DNA of 64,000 nucleotides from Styela clava (taxonomy: Eukaryota), in NCBI RefSeq assembly GCF_964204865.1, contig NC_135257.1, positions 22,072,001 through 22,136,000 of the forward strand, given 5' to 3'. The notes beneath the pieces are model-generated. The model worked only from the letters and a program-made list of their open reading frames with translations. It was not told the DNA's origin and did not search any database. The position numbers were made by a program, and so were the translations under genes. Positions 12,513 to 26,039 of this stretch are shown here, one piece after another (the first letter of the stretch is position 1; each line of letters begins with the position of its first letter).

Positions 12513-14159
12513 CTCGATTTCAGGATATTTACGTTATAACTGAGGAATAAAAATTGTTTGTGTTTATTTGCACATGAAACCGTGGATATATCAGGACGTG
12601 GATCAAATGACGTTCAAACTATGAGCTTGCTGCTGTTCTTAATGACGCGGCTCACTAACCCTTTAGTTGTTCTGAATTCAGAAAAACAGTTTTAACAGCG
12701 AATAATTTGAGAGTTTGACGACTAAGATTTTCAAAATGTTTGTCCAATACATTTTTTCGTAATTGCCTAGATCTTGCTCTGAAAATATACAATGATAAGT
12801 ATTCATTTCTAATCGACTTTATCGCAATTTTCTATTACCTTTACTTTACCTGTTGTTAACGGGGTTTAAAGTAGATGTGTTGGCAGGGTCGTTTTTATGC
12901 TCAGTTATTAAATAATCTTCCCAGGGAGTGCCCGTGTTTATGTTTCGTAGATTAGAAAACTAAAATTGAAATTTCGTGAACTTTGCATAAGTTTACATGA
13001 TATTTAGTGGCCAGGCCTTAATCTATTACTGTGCGTCCTCAGTCGGCCATAGGCTCCGCGTTTATTCTACACGCAAATTATCAAATTTACATTTTATATA
13101 TTATATTCCTATAGATAGGGCAACGTTTTTATGCTGTATACTTAGACTCGTAAGTGAGTTACATCGTAATTAGGTAAAAGGCAATCCGGCCCTGACCACA
13201 GAGTGTGCCGGTATAGTTATGGACCGACCCTGGCCATTCATGGACCAGGCCATTTTAGCAATGATAAATTAAAACAGCCGTCTATCTATACAGCACACTG
13301 CGACACCGATCTTTTCGTTTGACTTCATCGCCTGAGGCAAACGTAACATAAGACTCGAAATAGCAAACCTTACTAATTCTTATCTGACGATGTTTTTGAA
13401 GTTTCGGTCTGAGTTTTCAACCAAGTTCGACAATTCTTCTCATCTCACATTCTTGCTATAGCATATATATATATATTTATAGTATATATAAACTCATAGC
13501 ATAGTCTTTTACGCTTCGAAAGTAGCCGAATGGCTACAGCAACAATTCCGCCGTCAGAAATGTCTTATCGAATCACGTTTAGATATTACAAAGTTGAAAC
13601 CTTTTCATCCAAACTTTGAAAACTTAGCTAACTGTTCCATTAGCAACTTGCCTCTATGCAATCGATATCAAACTATACTGATATGTTTTCGTCGCCTTGA
13701 TTTTATACTTCAAAATTTACCGCAATCGGATATATATAGAAGAATACACACAATTATCTCGTGACGCAGTTTCGGTTTACTGATGTCGCGTAATAAACAA
13801 TGACATCGCAGAATGAATGTTAGTTGTTTGCAATATTCCATTTTTAGAGAAATTACAATGAATTTTAAAATATGAGTTCCATATACTAATAAATTTCAAT
13901 GCAAAGTTATTTAGGTTTCTCTGTAAGTTAAAAGAAAATAGAAATTTGTTTATATAAGCTGGCGTATACTGCTAAAACAGACCCTAAAATTACCCAAACT
14001 GTCAAGTAATGTATCATTTTTCAATTATATAGTTAACTATGTGAACAAGAAGCTCTGTGTAAATGGCTTACTGAAAGGAGAGAAATGTAGCCGACAGAAA
14101 CTCCAAGGCAGTATCAAGTAGTATTATTCGTATCAGTATTATTCGCTGTTTAAGCAATC

Positions 14160-16653
14160 TCCATCATAAATATACTTTCTATACTTCTACTATAACATAA
14201 ACTAAACCTCAAACCGACAACTTTTGGTTAAATCGATTGGATTACTCCGACACATCGGAAAATATTCAGACTTAAAAAGCAAATCGAAGACGGCAACGAA
14301 GAAAACAACAACAATACAACCAATTTTGCATCAATTAGCCTAATGTATATAAAACACTCCAGACCTGATAATATCAAGTAAAAACAAAGACGTTAAGCTG
14401 TCGGATAAAAACAGTCTTAAAATAAGGCAGGAAACCTCCAAAACAGTTGAAACTGTACACACAATCCGCAAGATGCCTTCAGGAGACCTGAAAATTGAAT
14501 GCAAAAGTTTAGAAGATGTAAAAAAAATGACCAGCATCAAAATATTCCAAAACATAGAGGTAAAATGTGATCAATATGTCAAGTATCAAAATACTATGTA
14601 TAGTTTTACTTTGCTCATATAAATACTTTTAATTGCTAATACAACAAGAACCCAAAAATGTACTGGCGTTGTGAAAAACATGTATATTGACATCAGTATA
14701 GAAGAACTAAAAGCAGTGGTGTTTCACAAGTCCGTCGCATCATGAGAACATCGAGCTCCAATAGTGAAAAAACCCCAACAAAAACCGTGGTTGTGACTTT
14801 TTACTCAGCACATTTACCATCATACATTTATCTGGGTTATGAACAATTCCCAGTGGAACAATACATCACAAGATGCTACAATTGTCAACGATTTGGACAC
14901 ATTGCTAAATTTTGCAAGGCTACACAACGTTGTGCCAACTGTGGATCGAACCACTCCACAACTTAATGTAAGTCAACCACTAAATGTTATAGATGCCAAG
15001 GCAATCATAGTGCTGTGAGCCCCCAATGTCCACAATATACACGTCAGAAAAATATTCAAATGAAACAAATTGTATCATATGCAGATGCTGCTCGTGTGGT
15101 TGAAAAGAACTCAAAAGAACTGACAATATAAGAAACAGTCAGCCTCAACAGTTGAGCGATGCCCCATCAACATCAACATTACACACATCGACAAAAGTAA
15201 GAGAGCCAAATAAGAGAGATATCGGTAATCAAACAAAATTAAAGAATGTTATATATCACCCTCAGCTCACAGAACAATCTGTACCTACACCTATAATGGA
15301 TACCATGGTTTTCGTTGGTTTCATTTCAGATATAATAAAAAAAAGTTATGACATTGGAAGTACCTTCAGAAGAGGAGATAGTAACAGTAATCACCAGTGC
15401 AGCAGAATCCAGATTCCACATCAACATCACTACTGATGACCTCAAATCTTTGCCTAAAACAAGAAATATAGAATCTATGGAAAATGACAGAATCAGTACA
15501 AGCGATAGATACACGAATGCCAATAAAACATTAATAGGCTTTTCAATACTGCAATGGAATTGCCGCAGCATCAGAAACAAGGACTTGGACTCGGTCCATC
15601 TTATATACCATATGGCAGAAACACCAGACATTATATGCTATGCTTACAAAAAACATGGCTGAATTTAAATGACACATTTGAAATACTAGGATAGAACAAG
15701 AAGAAGAGGAGGTGGTTGTCTCATAGCAATAAAAAATGCTCATTCTTCCAAAGAATTTATCATAAATATCAGCAATATAGAAATACAAGCAGTGGAAATA
15801 GATGGGCTCAATATAGTGAACGTATATGGAACAAACTGTAATCAGTAATTTATTTTATCACCAGAAAATACACACTGTACATACAGAACGAGATTAGAAA
15901 AGAGAGGAAAATAATGCATTTCGGGGTGGAAGGGGACGCGACAAACCAGCATTGGTTATCGAGCAGCGACACCAATGAATAGTCTAACATTGATTGGGTC
16001 ATACAAGAAAAAAAAACTTAACAAAGAACAACCTAGACCAAATGCTCAATTGCCTTGGGAGGAGAACTGTACTATGTGGTGATTTGAATGCCCAAAACAC
16101 TATCTGATATAGCTCACAGACAAACTATAGAGGTCTGGAAGTACAATCATTCATTGAGCAAAATAATCTTGTTTTGCTAAACGATGACTCCACAACTAGA
16201 GAAGCCAGAGGACATCAGGTATCAATCATTCATTGATCTTTGTATAACTACAAATGATATTGATCATGCATGTACTATGGAAACACTACAAGAAAATCTG
16301 AACAGTGACCACAACTTGCTGTGGATAACAGTGAACAAAATTTCAAATTTAGATCCTGCTTCAAAATCACAAAATGTATCAACGAAAAATACAGATTGGG
16401 TAAAATATAAATTTGAATGTTTTGAGAACATAAACGGTGCAACAATAAACGAAAATATAGATGAATTTAATACTAACCTGTCGCTTGGAATAATACAAAG
16501 TGTCATAGCCTCTAGTCCCATCCCAGTAAAAAGACACATAAGAAATCCCATACCATGGTGGAATTCGACTTGTAGTAAGGCTGTAAAACAAAAAAACAAG
16601 CATATAGAAGGGCCAAGAGAACATGTTTACCACAGGATCTCATTAATTATAAA
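14160..16653 (+). mobile_element. I/Jockey-group LINE remnant (gag-like ORF1 + APE endonuclease), 3'-truncated at the duplication junction
   Basis: Three zinc knuckles (CYNCQRFGHIAKFC, CANCGSNH, CYRCQGNH), then APE motifs ILQWNCRSI, GDLNA, SDH and PWW; many stops. Confidence 0.85.
15836..16017 (-). mobile_element. Short antisense 3'-tail fragment related to the CR1/L2-group LINE at 52.7-58.6 kb
   Basis: Reverse complement GGTGTCGCTGCTCGATAACCAATGCTGGTTTGTCGCGTC...AAATAAATTACTGATTACAG matches 58482-58627; the fragment is absent from the unit-2 LINE copy at ~31255. Confidence 0.7.
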
Positions 16654-19600
16654 AATTCGTTTATCTTCTTTTATTGATTGGACAGATACTTTGGAATCGT
16701 CATAGATGACAGCTACGTCGACGTCAGGAAAAAGAGAATAAGCAACGTAATGTCCGGAATTAGCTTCATCTCCCAAATGCACTATAACACTGCAAAGTTG
16801 GTAAAAAGCAAATGTCTTTGTCGGTGTCGACGTTGCGTACTACATTTAGCACCAAATAAAGGACAACTAAACAATGAAAGATGAGACATTTCTGATGATT
16901 GAATACAAGTGCACGATCGTGTTTGCTGTTTCATGTGTTGTTCCATATAGCTGCTAATTAAAAATAAGTTTCCATGTTGAATTGAAAAAGTGAGACAGTT
17001 GGTACCTACAGGATCAGTGGTTTTACACATACACTCACAACATGCTGTCTCACAAGGAGTATATAATTCCATCATATTTCAGAAATTGTTTCCAAGTAAT
17101 CCCATCACATATTCGCCCACTTCCTCTTGATCTCCAACTGCCCACCCATGTTCAGCACAAATTTGTGTGATAGCCATTGGAATTGCTTCGTTACCAACAT
17201 TTCCATATCGCTGTACAGACAGCAATATTTTCAGTGTGTTTGGCAAACTCGGTAAGTCATGATGTTTCACATAAAACTGTCTTTCGGAAGTGATTTCGTG
17301 TTTAAATGATTTTATACCCGCGACAAAACTTTGTATAACTGAATTAAACCAACAATTGTTCCATTTGTTCAACAACCCAATGCTGATGTTGCTTTCAACG
17401 AGAGTTGTAGCAGCAATTGCAACTCGTCTGACTGCGGAAACGAAATCAGTGAAAAGCCGATGTAGATCACAATAACGAAAACTTCCTATCAAATCTTCCG
17501 TGTGCGCTATTGGCAGTTCAAAATTACAACAAATCAGGTCAACAGCAAGACAAACGCAACTACCACAACTATCCAGGTCTTTTTGTTCAATTAAGCAATG
17601 GGTTATAAAGTTAATGTCCGTATCTTTCGCAATTGTTGTCTTTAAAAATGGTATGAAATATTGGTGAATTCTACTGATCAGATTTGGATTCGCTATCTTT
17701 TTGGAGTCTAATAAAGTAAGACTATTTGTTAAGTTGCAAAAATACAGAATAGTGAAGTGATGATCGCAGAGTACAGGAAATATAAAAAGACCTTGAAAAT
17801 CGTTTACATTCCAATGAAATGTACCGTCCATTGCACTTGAATGGATTTGTAAATGTTTTTCCGGATAAAACTTCGTACGACAAAATGGTATCACTGCAAG
17901 CAAATAGATCGGTGTTTCTATTTCTGTTTTCTATAGACACAGTGAGATGAGTAAAACAATTTACAACATTTTCAGTTAACCATCCTGGATTATACGAAAT
18001 TCCTGTTTTTAACAAACTCGATGTTCTTGATGCTTTTTGCACTTCATTTGTTGCAGCCGAATAAGACCGGGGACAAATGGAGTAAACGTCTAGCCAATAT
18101 ATTGTTGCATCTGATGATAATATAAATGCTTTTGTGTATAAATCCGTTTCAGAAAATATATTATGCCACAATATTTCCGAAAATCTTCTAATAACTGTCA
18201 AATTCACGTTCCACCGAGGTGTATGTGACGTAATTGATGGTATAATGAGCCCAGATACGTTTATTTTAGTAGGCACGGCTGACTGGTACAATTCTCGATC
18301 ATTGAATACCTCCCCGACATTTGGCACATTTCTGATGTCAAAGGTCGAAATAGCGATTTCCCCTTCTGGAAAACTGCTAGTTTTGTTATCAGAAGAAACT
18401 TTAGTGAGAGAGATACAATAATCATGATCGGCTGAAATATTGGATATTTGTCGTTCCAGTGAATAGGAGTCGGCTAATTTTTCATGTACGTCATGACTGG
18501 CTGTACTATTTTTAGTGTTGTAGTTTTTAAGTTTTTATTTGAAGAATTGAGGTACCTTTGTCTCGTCGTTTTCTTTTTTTGAATTTCACCATAGATGTCT
18601 CTGGCGGTTCAGGTCTATTGGGGTTTAATACAGGCATTATCTTCTTTCTTGTTTTTGGCAATTCGATTGTATCCTTCGTGCGTGAGAATATCTTGAAACT
18701 GTTTTTCTAAAAGTTGCAACGCTTGTTAGTATAGATGAACGAAATGATCAATACCAGACGCGCTTTGGTTATTTAGAATGATATGCTTCAAATACCAGAA
18801 ATGCTGTTCAATGCAACTCTGAGTTCTGGTATTACATGAAATGTCCTGAACGGAAAGTTTTCTCGAAACTTAGGAATGCGGTGGCATGGCGCGACAGATC
18901 ACCTAACATAAGCTTGGAAGTTGCTTATATCCAACTAAAAATCACTTGTACAATTTTATGGCAGAATTTTTCATCCTAATAATAATTTCCAGCATCTGTT
19001 TTTTTAACAAATTCATGTTCTTTGTAAGTATTTGACTGACGGAAATTGGTAGTCAATTTGAGGTATGGTTGGAAGTCATCCGACTTACTTGAAATAAAAA
19101 ATTCATCTTTATCTAGTACCAAATCATCTTCATCCATGTCCGCATTTGGGGGAAAGTTTTGTTTGTGTCCCGACTAAAGAAGATGTCGTTCGACAATTTG
19201 TTATTATAACAAAGCTCTTGAACATTTCATCAACTTCTGGCAATGTTTCGCAATTAAAAAACCCACTTATTCACTTCATGACGGTACTGTTAATAATCTT
19301 CGTATGTTTTGAGCACATTGTTTTTGCGGCTTTCATTGCGTGACTGTAACAGTTCTGCACTATTGTTAGGTTTAAATCCCGTTCATTCGAATGGCCACAA
19401 ACATTACGAAAACAGCGAATATAATATTGGAGCCTCGATTCATTACTGAAGCACTTCAGTACACTATTCTACATAGCCTTCGAACCATCTATCATAACTT
19501 GTAATGGACGAACTCTGGTTTTACAAATTTGTAATTGAAGTGCGAGGAATTCCCGAAGAATAATGCTAATGTTGAGAACTCTATGCCGAGTGGTAAGGTT

Positions 19601-20165
19601 AACTGCAACAGGCGAAGAAATGTATCCACGGTACGGATTCCTCACCAACAGCGTGTGAAGTTGAAAATCAGATAGCCCCGCACTTCGCTTTATTATTTCC
19701 TCAGTAGAGTCGAAATATATGATACCCTGTTGACAAAATGTATTGTTCTAATTGATTTTGACTAATTATTCTGACATGGAGGTGGAGCATGGATGTGCCG
19801 GATATGTGGTATTTTCTCCAGTTTTGACATTTTTTCCAAGTTGACAATTGGGAATTCCGTTTTTCTGAAATCCTGTTTTTCGCTCTCGATTTTTCTTAAT
19901 ACAGCACGCGATGATGAAAAAGTATGTGATTCATAATGCTTTTGCGAAGAACTCAATGACTCATAATTTTGTATTGCTGGCAATATGTAATGCATCTGTG
20001 ATTCATGATGAGACAAATTTATCATATTTGAAAAAATAAGGTACGATCTATTTAGTACTAGTCGTGTACGTAATTTGTTCACTTATTCAATTTATTTCAG
20101 CTACATCAAAAAATTAATTAGTAACCAACTAGTCAGATCACAAAGCGACTTTTGCAACTTATTTT
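16654..20165 (-). mobile_element. Duplicate of the Mutator/Ulp1/USP remnant, copy 2
   Basis: Colinear with 480-4080. ORFs 17079-17903 and 17722-18327 are identical to 963-1787 and 1606-2211. A 58-bp deletion at ~16821 lies between TTTGT microhomologies. Confidence 0.8.
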
Positions 20166-20169
20166 CACG

Positions 20170-20990
20170 CGTGTCTTTCTTTCTGCCCCATCCCCATCCT
20201 TTCTATTTTTGTCCCACTGCCCTATCCCCCTCACCTTTTTGTGTCTTCGACCCACTGCTCTATCTCCTTCATCTCTGTATTCAACTCACTGCTCTATCTC
20301 CTTCATTCTTCCTATTTTCGACCCACTATTCAATCTCTTTAAGATTTCATATCTTCTACCCACTGCCCTATCTCTCTCAGCCCTCCTATTCTCGACCGAA
20401 CGCCCTATCACCCTCAACACTCCTATCTTCGACCCACCGCCCTGTCTTGCTCTTCTTTTTATTCTCGGCCGACTGCTCTATCTCCCTTAGCCCTATTATC
20501 CTCGACCCACTACCCTATATTCCTAAATCTTCTACCAACTGCTTTATATCCCTGACCCACTGTCCTAAGCTTTCATATCTTGTGACCCCTGCCCTATCTT
20601 CTTCAGCCTTCTTGTACTCGACCTATTACTCTATCTCCCACAGCCTTTCTCTCCTCGACCCACTGCCATATCTCTCTCAGCCTTTCTGTCCTCGATGCAC
20701 TACCCTATCTCCCTCAGTTTTCTTATTATCGACTCACTGACCTATTCCCCTCCGCTTCCTTATTTTCAACCCACTGCTCTATCTCTCCCAACACATCTTA
20801 TTGTGATATCGGTCTTCAGCCTTCATACTCTCGACCCACTGCCCTATCTCCCCCAGACTTCCTATTTTCAACCCACTGTCCTATCTACCTAAGACTTTCT
20901 GTACTCGCTCCATTGTCCCTCTCTTTTCCAGCCTTTCTATTTTCGACCAACTGTCCTATCTCCATCAACTACTTCCCTCTATTTATTGAA
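20170..20990. repeat. 37-bp minisatellite, second array (fewer units)
   Basis: Same consensus as 4085-5095. Isolated units also occur at ~44905-44945 and 63940-64000. Confidence 0.9.
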
Positions 20991-22617
20991 TCCTCCCAAG
21001 CATACTTCCAGGCTTTATACGGTGAGAATCTGTCAACGATATGAATGAAGCGTACGCGGAGGAAGCACACCAACACGATTGGTAATATATTATTATGGTT
21101 ATGTGCATGATGCAAATAGCTCCGGTGACAAAATGTTCAAAATGGTATAATTGCACCTTATTTACATCATCATTTGTAAAGCTGTTTATTGTAGGTCTAT
21201 TGCCTTGAATCTCAAATAGAAATCGACCACCATAATTGGCAGTTTAAAAATGTACTACTTTTACCTTGATCATCGCAGCTGTATCCATCTCTCGCCTGAT
21301 CCGGAATGGCATCATATCTTCCATTTGAAAGGGCTGTGGAGGCAGATACGTTTTTACTCTAAATTATGGAATGTTACTTTCAGGTTATCTTATCATTGCT
21401 TTTAGATATTTCGATGTTATTGACTCCAACTGACCCATGCATGCCACACTGAAAATTCTCTTGTGTACCGATAAAATTAAGCAGTTGGAGCAGATCTTCA
21501 TACCTTGAAAACAGTCGAATCTGAGCACGATGGATTCATGTGAAACACGTAATATGCATTTATAAGCAAAAATGTCCCATCCTGAGCAGCACCGATCCAC
21601 AGCTTCCTGCCTATGGAATAAAAACATTAGACAAATTGGTGTACTGTGCGCATTCACAAATCTTTGCGAATCAAGTGTGCCTTTCGACTAAGGAAAATTT
21701 AGCATTGAAATGGTCAATTTCAATATAAACCTGGTATCTGCAGATAAAACCAATTGTTTTTTAAAATTACATTTTTGATGTGCTTTATTTTTTAAATATA
21801 ATTTATAATTACTGTAAAGTGTGTTATACATTTGGTACCATGAATACCATTTGCAAAATAGCTTGGGTTACACCCCTCTCGAATAAAAGTTTAGACTCTT
21901 AAGTCGTATCTCATAATATTCGATAAACAAAAGGTTGCAGTTAGCCGGCTACCCATCAGAATTTTTTTTCAGATCACAAAGTCGCAATGTTACGTCTCGC
22001 TAAGTTTCATTGGCAATTGTATTTGGTTTATCGGTGTCCAACTTTAGACTGAAACCTTCACTACCAACCCATCGAAACAAATTTTTTCTTTTTATAGGGT
22101 CGTATTGAAGTTGCTTTCGTTCAAGCACAATGGACACTTTATATCCACCAATCCACAGTAATCACAAGTTACCTTGTCATTACGATAAGCATCAATAAAT
22201 GGATACTGAGTATGTATTATCAAGTCACGCAAGCTGAGGTCTTGTGCCACTGTGAACTTGTTGCAACTTATACTTTGTCATTCATCTATTCCATGGTTGC
22301 ATCCATATCTGTAAGATAATGGATACCGATCCATTCGATATCATGATCCTGCACTAGCTTTGTGATAATCGTAGAGTTTTCATAAAATCTAACGATCAAG
22401 TGGTGTGAAATTTATGTCCATATTTCACCACAAACACTAGTCGTAAACGAATTTGATTCCGGGTAGCATATCTTTTTTACCAATGACAATAAAAAGACAT
22501 TTTGGGTCAATTGCACAAGCACCTTTAGGATAGGATTTTTCTGGGGGGGCGAGGATTGCAGGTGCAACAACTAAATCATATAGCAAAAACAGTCTCTCGT
22601 ACGATTACCATTCTATG

Positions 22618-22815
22618 TTGGGATTAATTAGCCAGGTATTTGTTTTCAGAAGCATGGACTTGGATGGTGGGGGATGGTCGTAACCGATCAGCGGTCGTGT
22701 GAACTACTCTCAGTGGGAGTACGGCTGCAATCCTTTTGCACATAACTATCCCCGCATGGGATTGAAACCTGTGAAACTACCAGGGTGATCAGAGATGCAG
22801 TGGGGAGCGTATTCT
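22618..22815 (-). mobile_element. tRNA-derived SINE copy
   Basis: Same family as the copies at 47870, 50415 and 52140; GGGATTGAAACCTG is the reverse complement of a B-box. Confidence 0.65.
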
Positions 22816-23711
22816 TAGATGGCGAATTCAATTGAATTCTGGTTATTTTTTGCATGACCACTGGCGTTAAACTTAAGTTATTTATTCAACCTTTCACACT
22901 TAGTAATAGATTACCTGCTAACTAGGGAAACAATACCTAATGGCAATCGATGATTAATTTTTTACACAAGTGAAGTCTGCAAGAAGACAAGCAAGTAGGC
23001 CTACGCTTACGTCTATATTATATGTACAGCCAACGGAACAATGCGAAATAACCATTTTTCAACAGCCAAACAAAACGGAAACGTATAATCCGACTTGCAA
23101 CTGACAGGAGCCAAATGGACGTTTTTGTTTTTTTGCCGTCCAGTAAACAAAGTCACGTAACCCGTGCAAGTCCTCTATATATATTCGAATAGCCAATAAC
23201 AAAACCCTAGAGTCAAGCACCTACCCAGTCATCGACAAAAGATTCCGTAACGACCGAGTCATGTGGAGTGCACACAGTAGATTAAGTGTGCAACAATCTT
23301 CCTATACACAGCCGTTCTCTTTCTCGTAGTAACAAATAAACCATTATGTAACGGCAAAATGTCCTGAAATTTTCTCGTTGTGTGAATGAAGTGTCTTGGT
23401 TGGTTCTTAATTAATGTTAGCTAACTTGTGGGAAAGTAAAACATTCGTAGCGGATTGGTCTAATCGACGCCTTGTAAAGATGATTGACGTTAAGTCAGTG
23501 TTTCTGTCGAAGGTATTAAACTCGAAAACGTAGCAATTACAAGACTTCCGGTTTTTGAAACACAAATAAATCACTTTGTTTGTATTCCGTTAGTTGACAA
23601 TTTTCACACATGCTTTGAATACGGATCTAAGACACGCTCTCATCTTTGCAAAGGTAATTTACGTGGGAACTAATCAAGAATATGTCACACCCTGGAGGAA
23701 CTGGGTGTAGC

Positions 23712-25120
23712 TGTCACAGATAGAATTTTTATTCTGTGTGTTGAAAGAATCAGAAGACTCAGATTCCGGATTTGTGGTTTATTATGAGGCAACTTCACAG
23801 TTAAAACAGCATAAAACAGAGAACACAGGAAAACACGTCCGACATCCAACCCAGCCGAGCGAAAAGGGGAGTGAAACTCTTTTTTTCTCGCGACCTGATG
23901 GGGGTCTGAGTCTCACAGTAACCGGACCCGGATGAAGTATATCCAAATTAATGGTCCTCGAAAAGCACATCGGCAAATATAAAAGACAAACTAAACTAAA
24001 ACACACGGATAATAAAATCCGTGACAGAATTCCCCCTTGTTTAGGATGAAACTCCATAAGTTTCATTCTCAAAATTAAATAAAAAACACAGAACAGCCTA
24101 ATTATTCAAAGATTATGTACCCCTCCCCCTCTTCAAAATATCTCTCTCATAGCCAGATGGTTTAAACAGGATGATACAATAAAAATAGTCATATAAACGA
24201 AATTGCTCTTCAAATCCAATTCGATATGGATTTCGCTTGACAGGCTTGGCAAAGATGTCTGGGTAATTGATTAGCAGTGACCAAAGTTGTTTTTTCTCAT
24301 CTTCATTTAAATGTTACACTACGGATAATAACGGTTTGAGGTGATCAGGCAAACATCCCCCACTTCAGGATCAGAGTTAGGCATATCAGCAATTTGGTAA
24401 ACCTCCCCCCTTGGGTGAACTATTCCCACTGAGGTACCCTCCTCGACATGCACCGGTCCCTGGCTCACGTTGACCACATAATTTGGGATTCCAACACCCT
24501 AGGGCTCCACCAATGAAGGTAACACACAATTCCACTTCTGAAAACCGGTCACAATAATCCAGCCAGCCTCAACCACCGCACACATGCCGGGACCTCCATC
24601 ATTACACGTACACCAAGGCTCACTCAGCCCACCAACAATGTGGGTATGTTCTGCCTGAGACACCGTCGCTGTCGCTGAGTTGATGAGGGTTCCAGTAAAC
24701 TCTTCGTCCAAACTGGAATTTAGTTTCATTTCCCTGATCGTCCGAACTTTCGAAGTTGCCGTCAGTTACTTCCGCCAAATCCTGGCGTGCTCGCCATTGT
24801 CACAGATAGAATTTTTATTCTGTGTGTTGAAAGAATCAGAAGACTCATATTCCGGATTTGTGGTTTATTATGAGGTAACTTCATGGTTAAAACACTTAAA
24901 ACAGCATAAAACAGAGAACACAGGAAAACTCGTCCGACATCCAACCCAGCCGAGCGAAAAAAAGAGTGAAACTCTTTTTTCTCACGACTCGATGGTGGTC
25001 GGAGTCTCACAGTAACCGGGCCCGGATGAGGTATATCCAAATTAATGATCATCGAAAAGCACATCGGCAAATATAAAAGACAAACTAACCTAAAACACAC
25101 GAATATTAAAATCCGTGACA
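23712..25120 (-). mobile_element. Miniature non-autonomous LTR retroelement (TRIM-like; probably Gypsy-derived)
   Basis: LTRs 23712-24026 and 24798-25120 both TGTCAC...GTGACA. Minus-strand PBS TGGCGAGCACGCCAGGA follows the 5' LTR and is close to the complement of a tRNA-Arg 3' end. PPT AAGGGGGAA precedes the 3' LTR. Imperfect 4-bp TSD TAGC/TTGC; absent from unit 1 (~8240). Confidence 0.85.
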
Positions 25121-26039
25121 TTGCCTCTTCCGAACTAAATGTTTAACTCAATATAATCATACTTAGTACCAACGATTGAATGAATATGTCATTCCTTGCA
25201 GAATGAGATTATGAATTGTTACCATTGACTGCTGAATCGAAACGATTGCTCACTATTTTGAATAAATCGAAAATTTGGGCGCTCATGAAAAAATGTATAA
25301 CGAAGCTCATTTAAGTGATTTGCATTTTTCATTTGCTTCAATACGTGACTATTAGTATATCGGTCTACTAGTCATACAAATGATTCGAGCTAAGTCTCGC
25401 ATGTGCGCACTAATTATTTACTAATTGATAGCAAGCGATATCCTGCCATAAGTTTCCTCTTGTGACGATAAATTAAAAACTTCCATACAAATATTAAATA
25501 ATTATTGAACACAATTCCATTTCTCCAATCATTGTCGAAAAGACGTTTTCAGCTGATTTATCACGTGATAAGTTATCCCAATCCAATGTCTGAACTATTC
25601 CCTGCTCAATGCATTGACCCATATCCCTCAGTGTTTCTATCCTAGTTGTTCAACCTGATTTCTTTAAGAAACAGACGTGAAAACAGCAAAAGGTATGTCA
25701 CATGAAAGCTAAATTTATTTCGAGTTCATGAGGCAAATTCGTAAAAAATTATTTCCGAATTTTGACATTACGCAAATTAAGAATTAAAACCTCTAAATTT
25801 GTCATCTCTACCTTCAGTATTCAAAAAAGTTGATTGACAAAGACAAACAAAACTAGCAGATAAATGACTCTTTAAAGTGTTTAAATTTTGAATCTTATTC
25901 TCAATAAATTTTACACAACAATTTAATCGAAGTGAAACATCAACCATCAAACATCAATAAACTTAAAATTAGAATCAATGATTTATACTTTACTGATGAA
26001 ATATCCAGAGGAACAAAATACATTCAGGCAGACGTTTCA

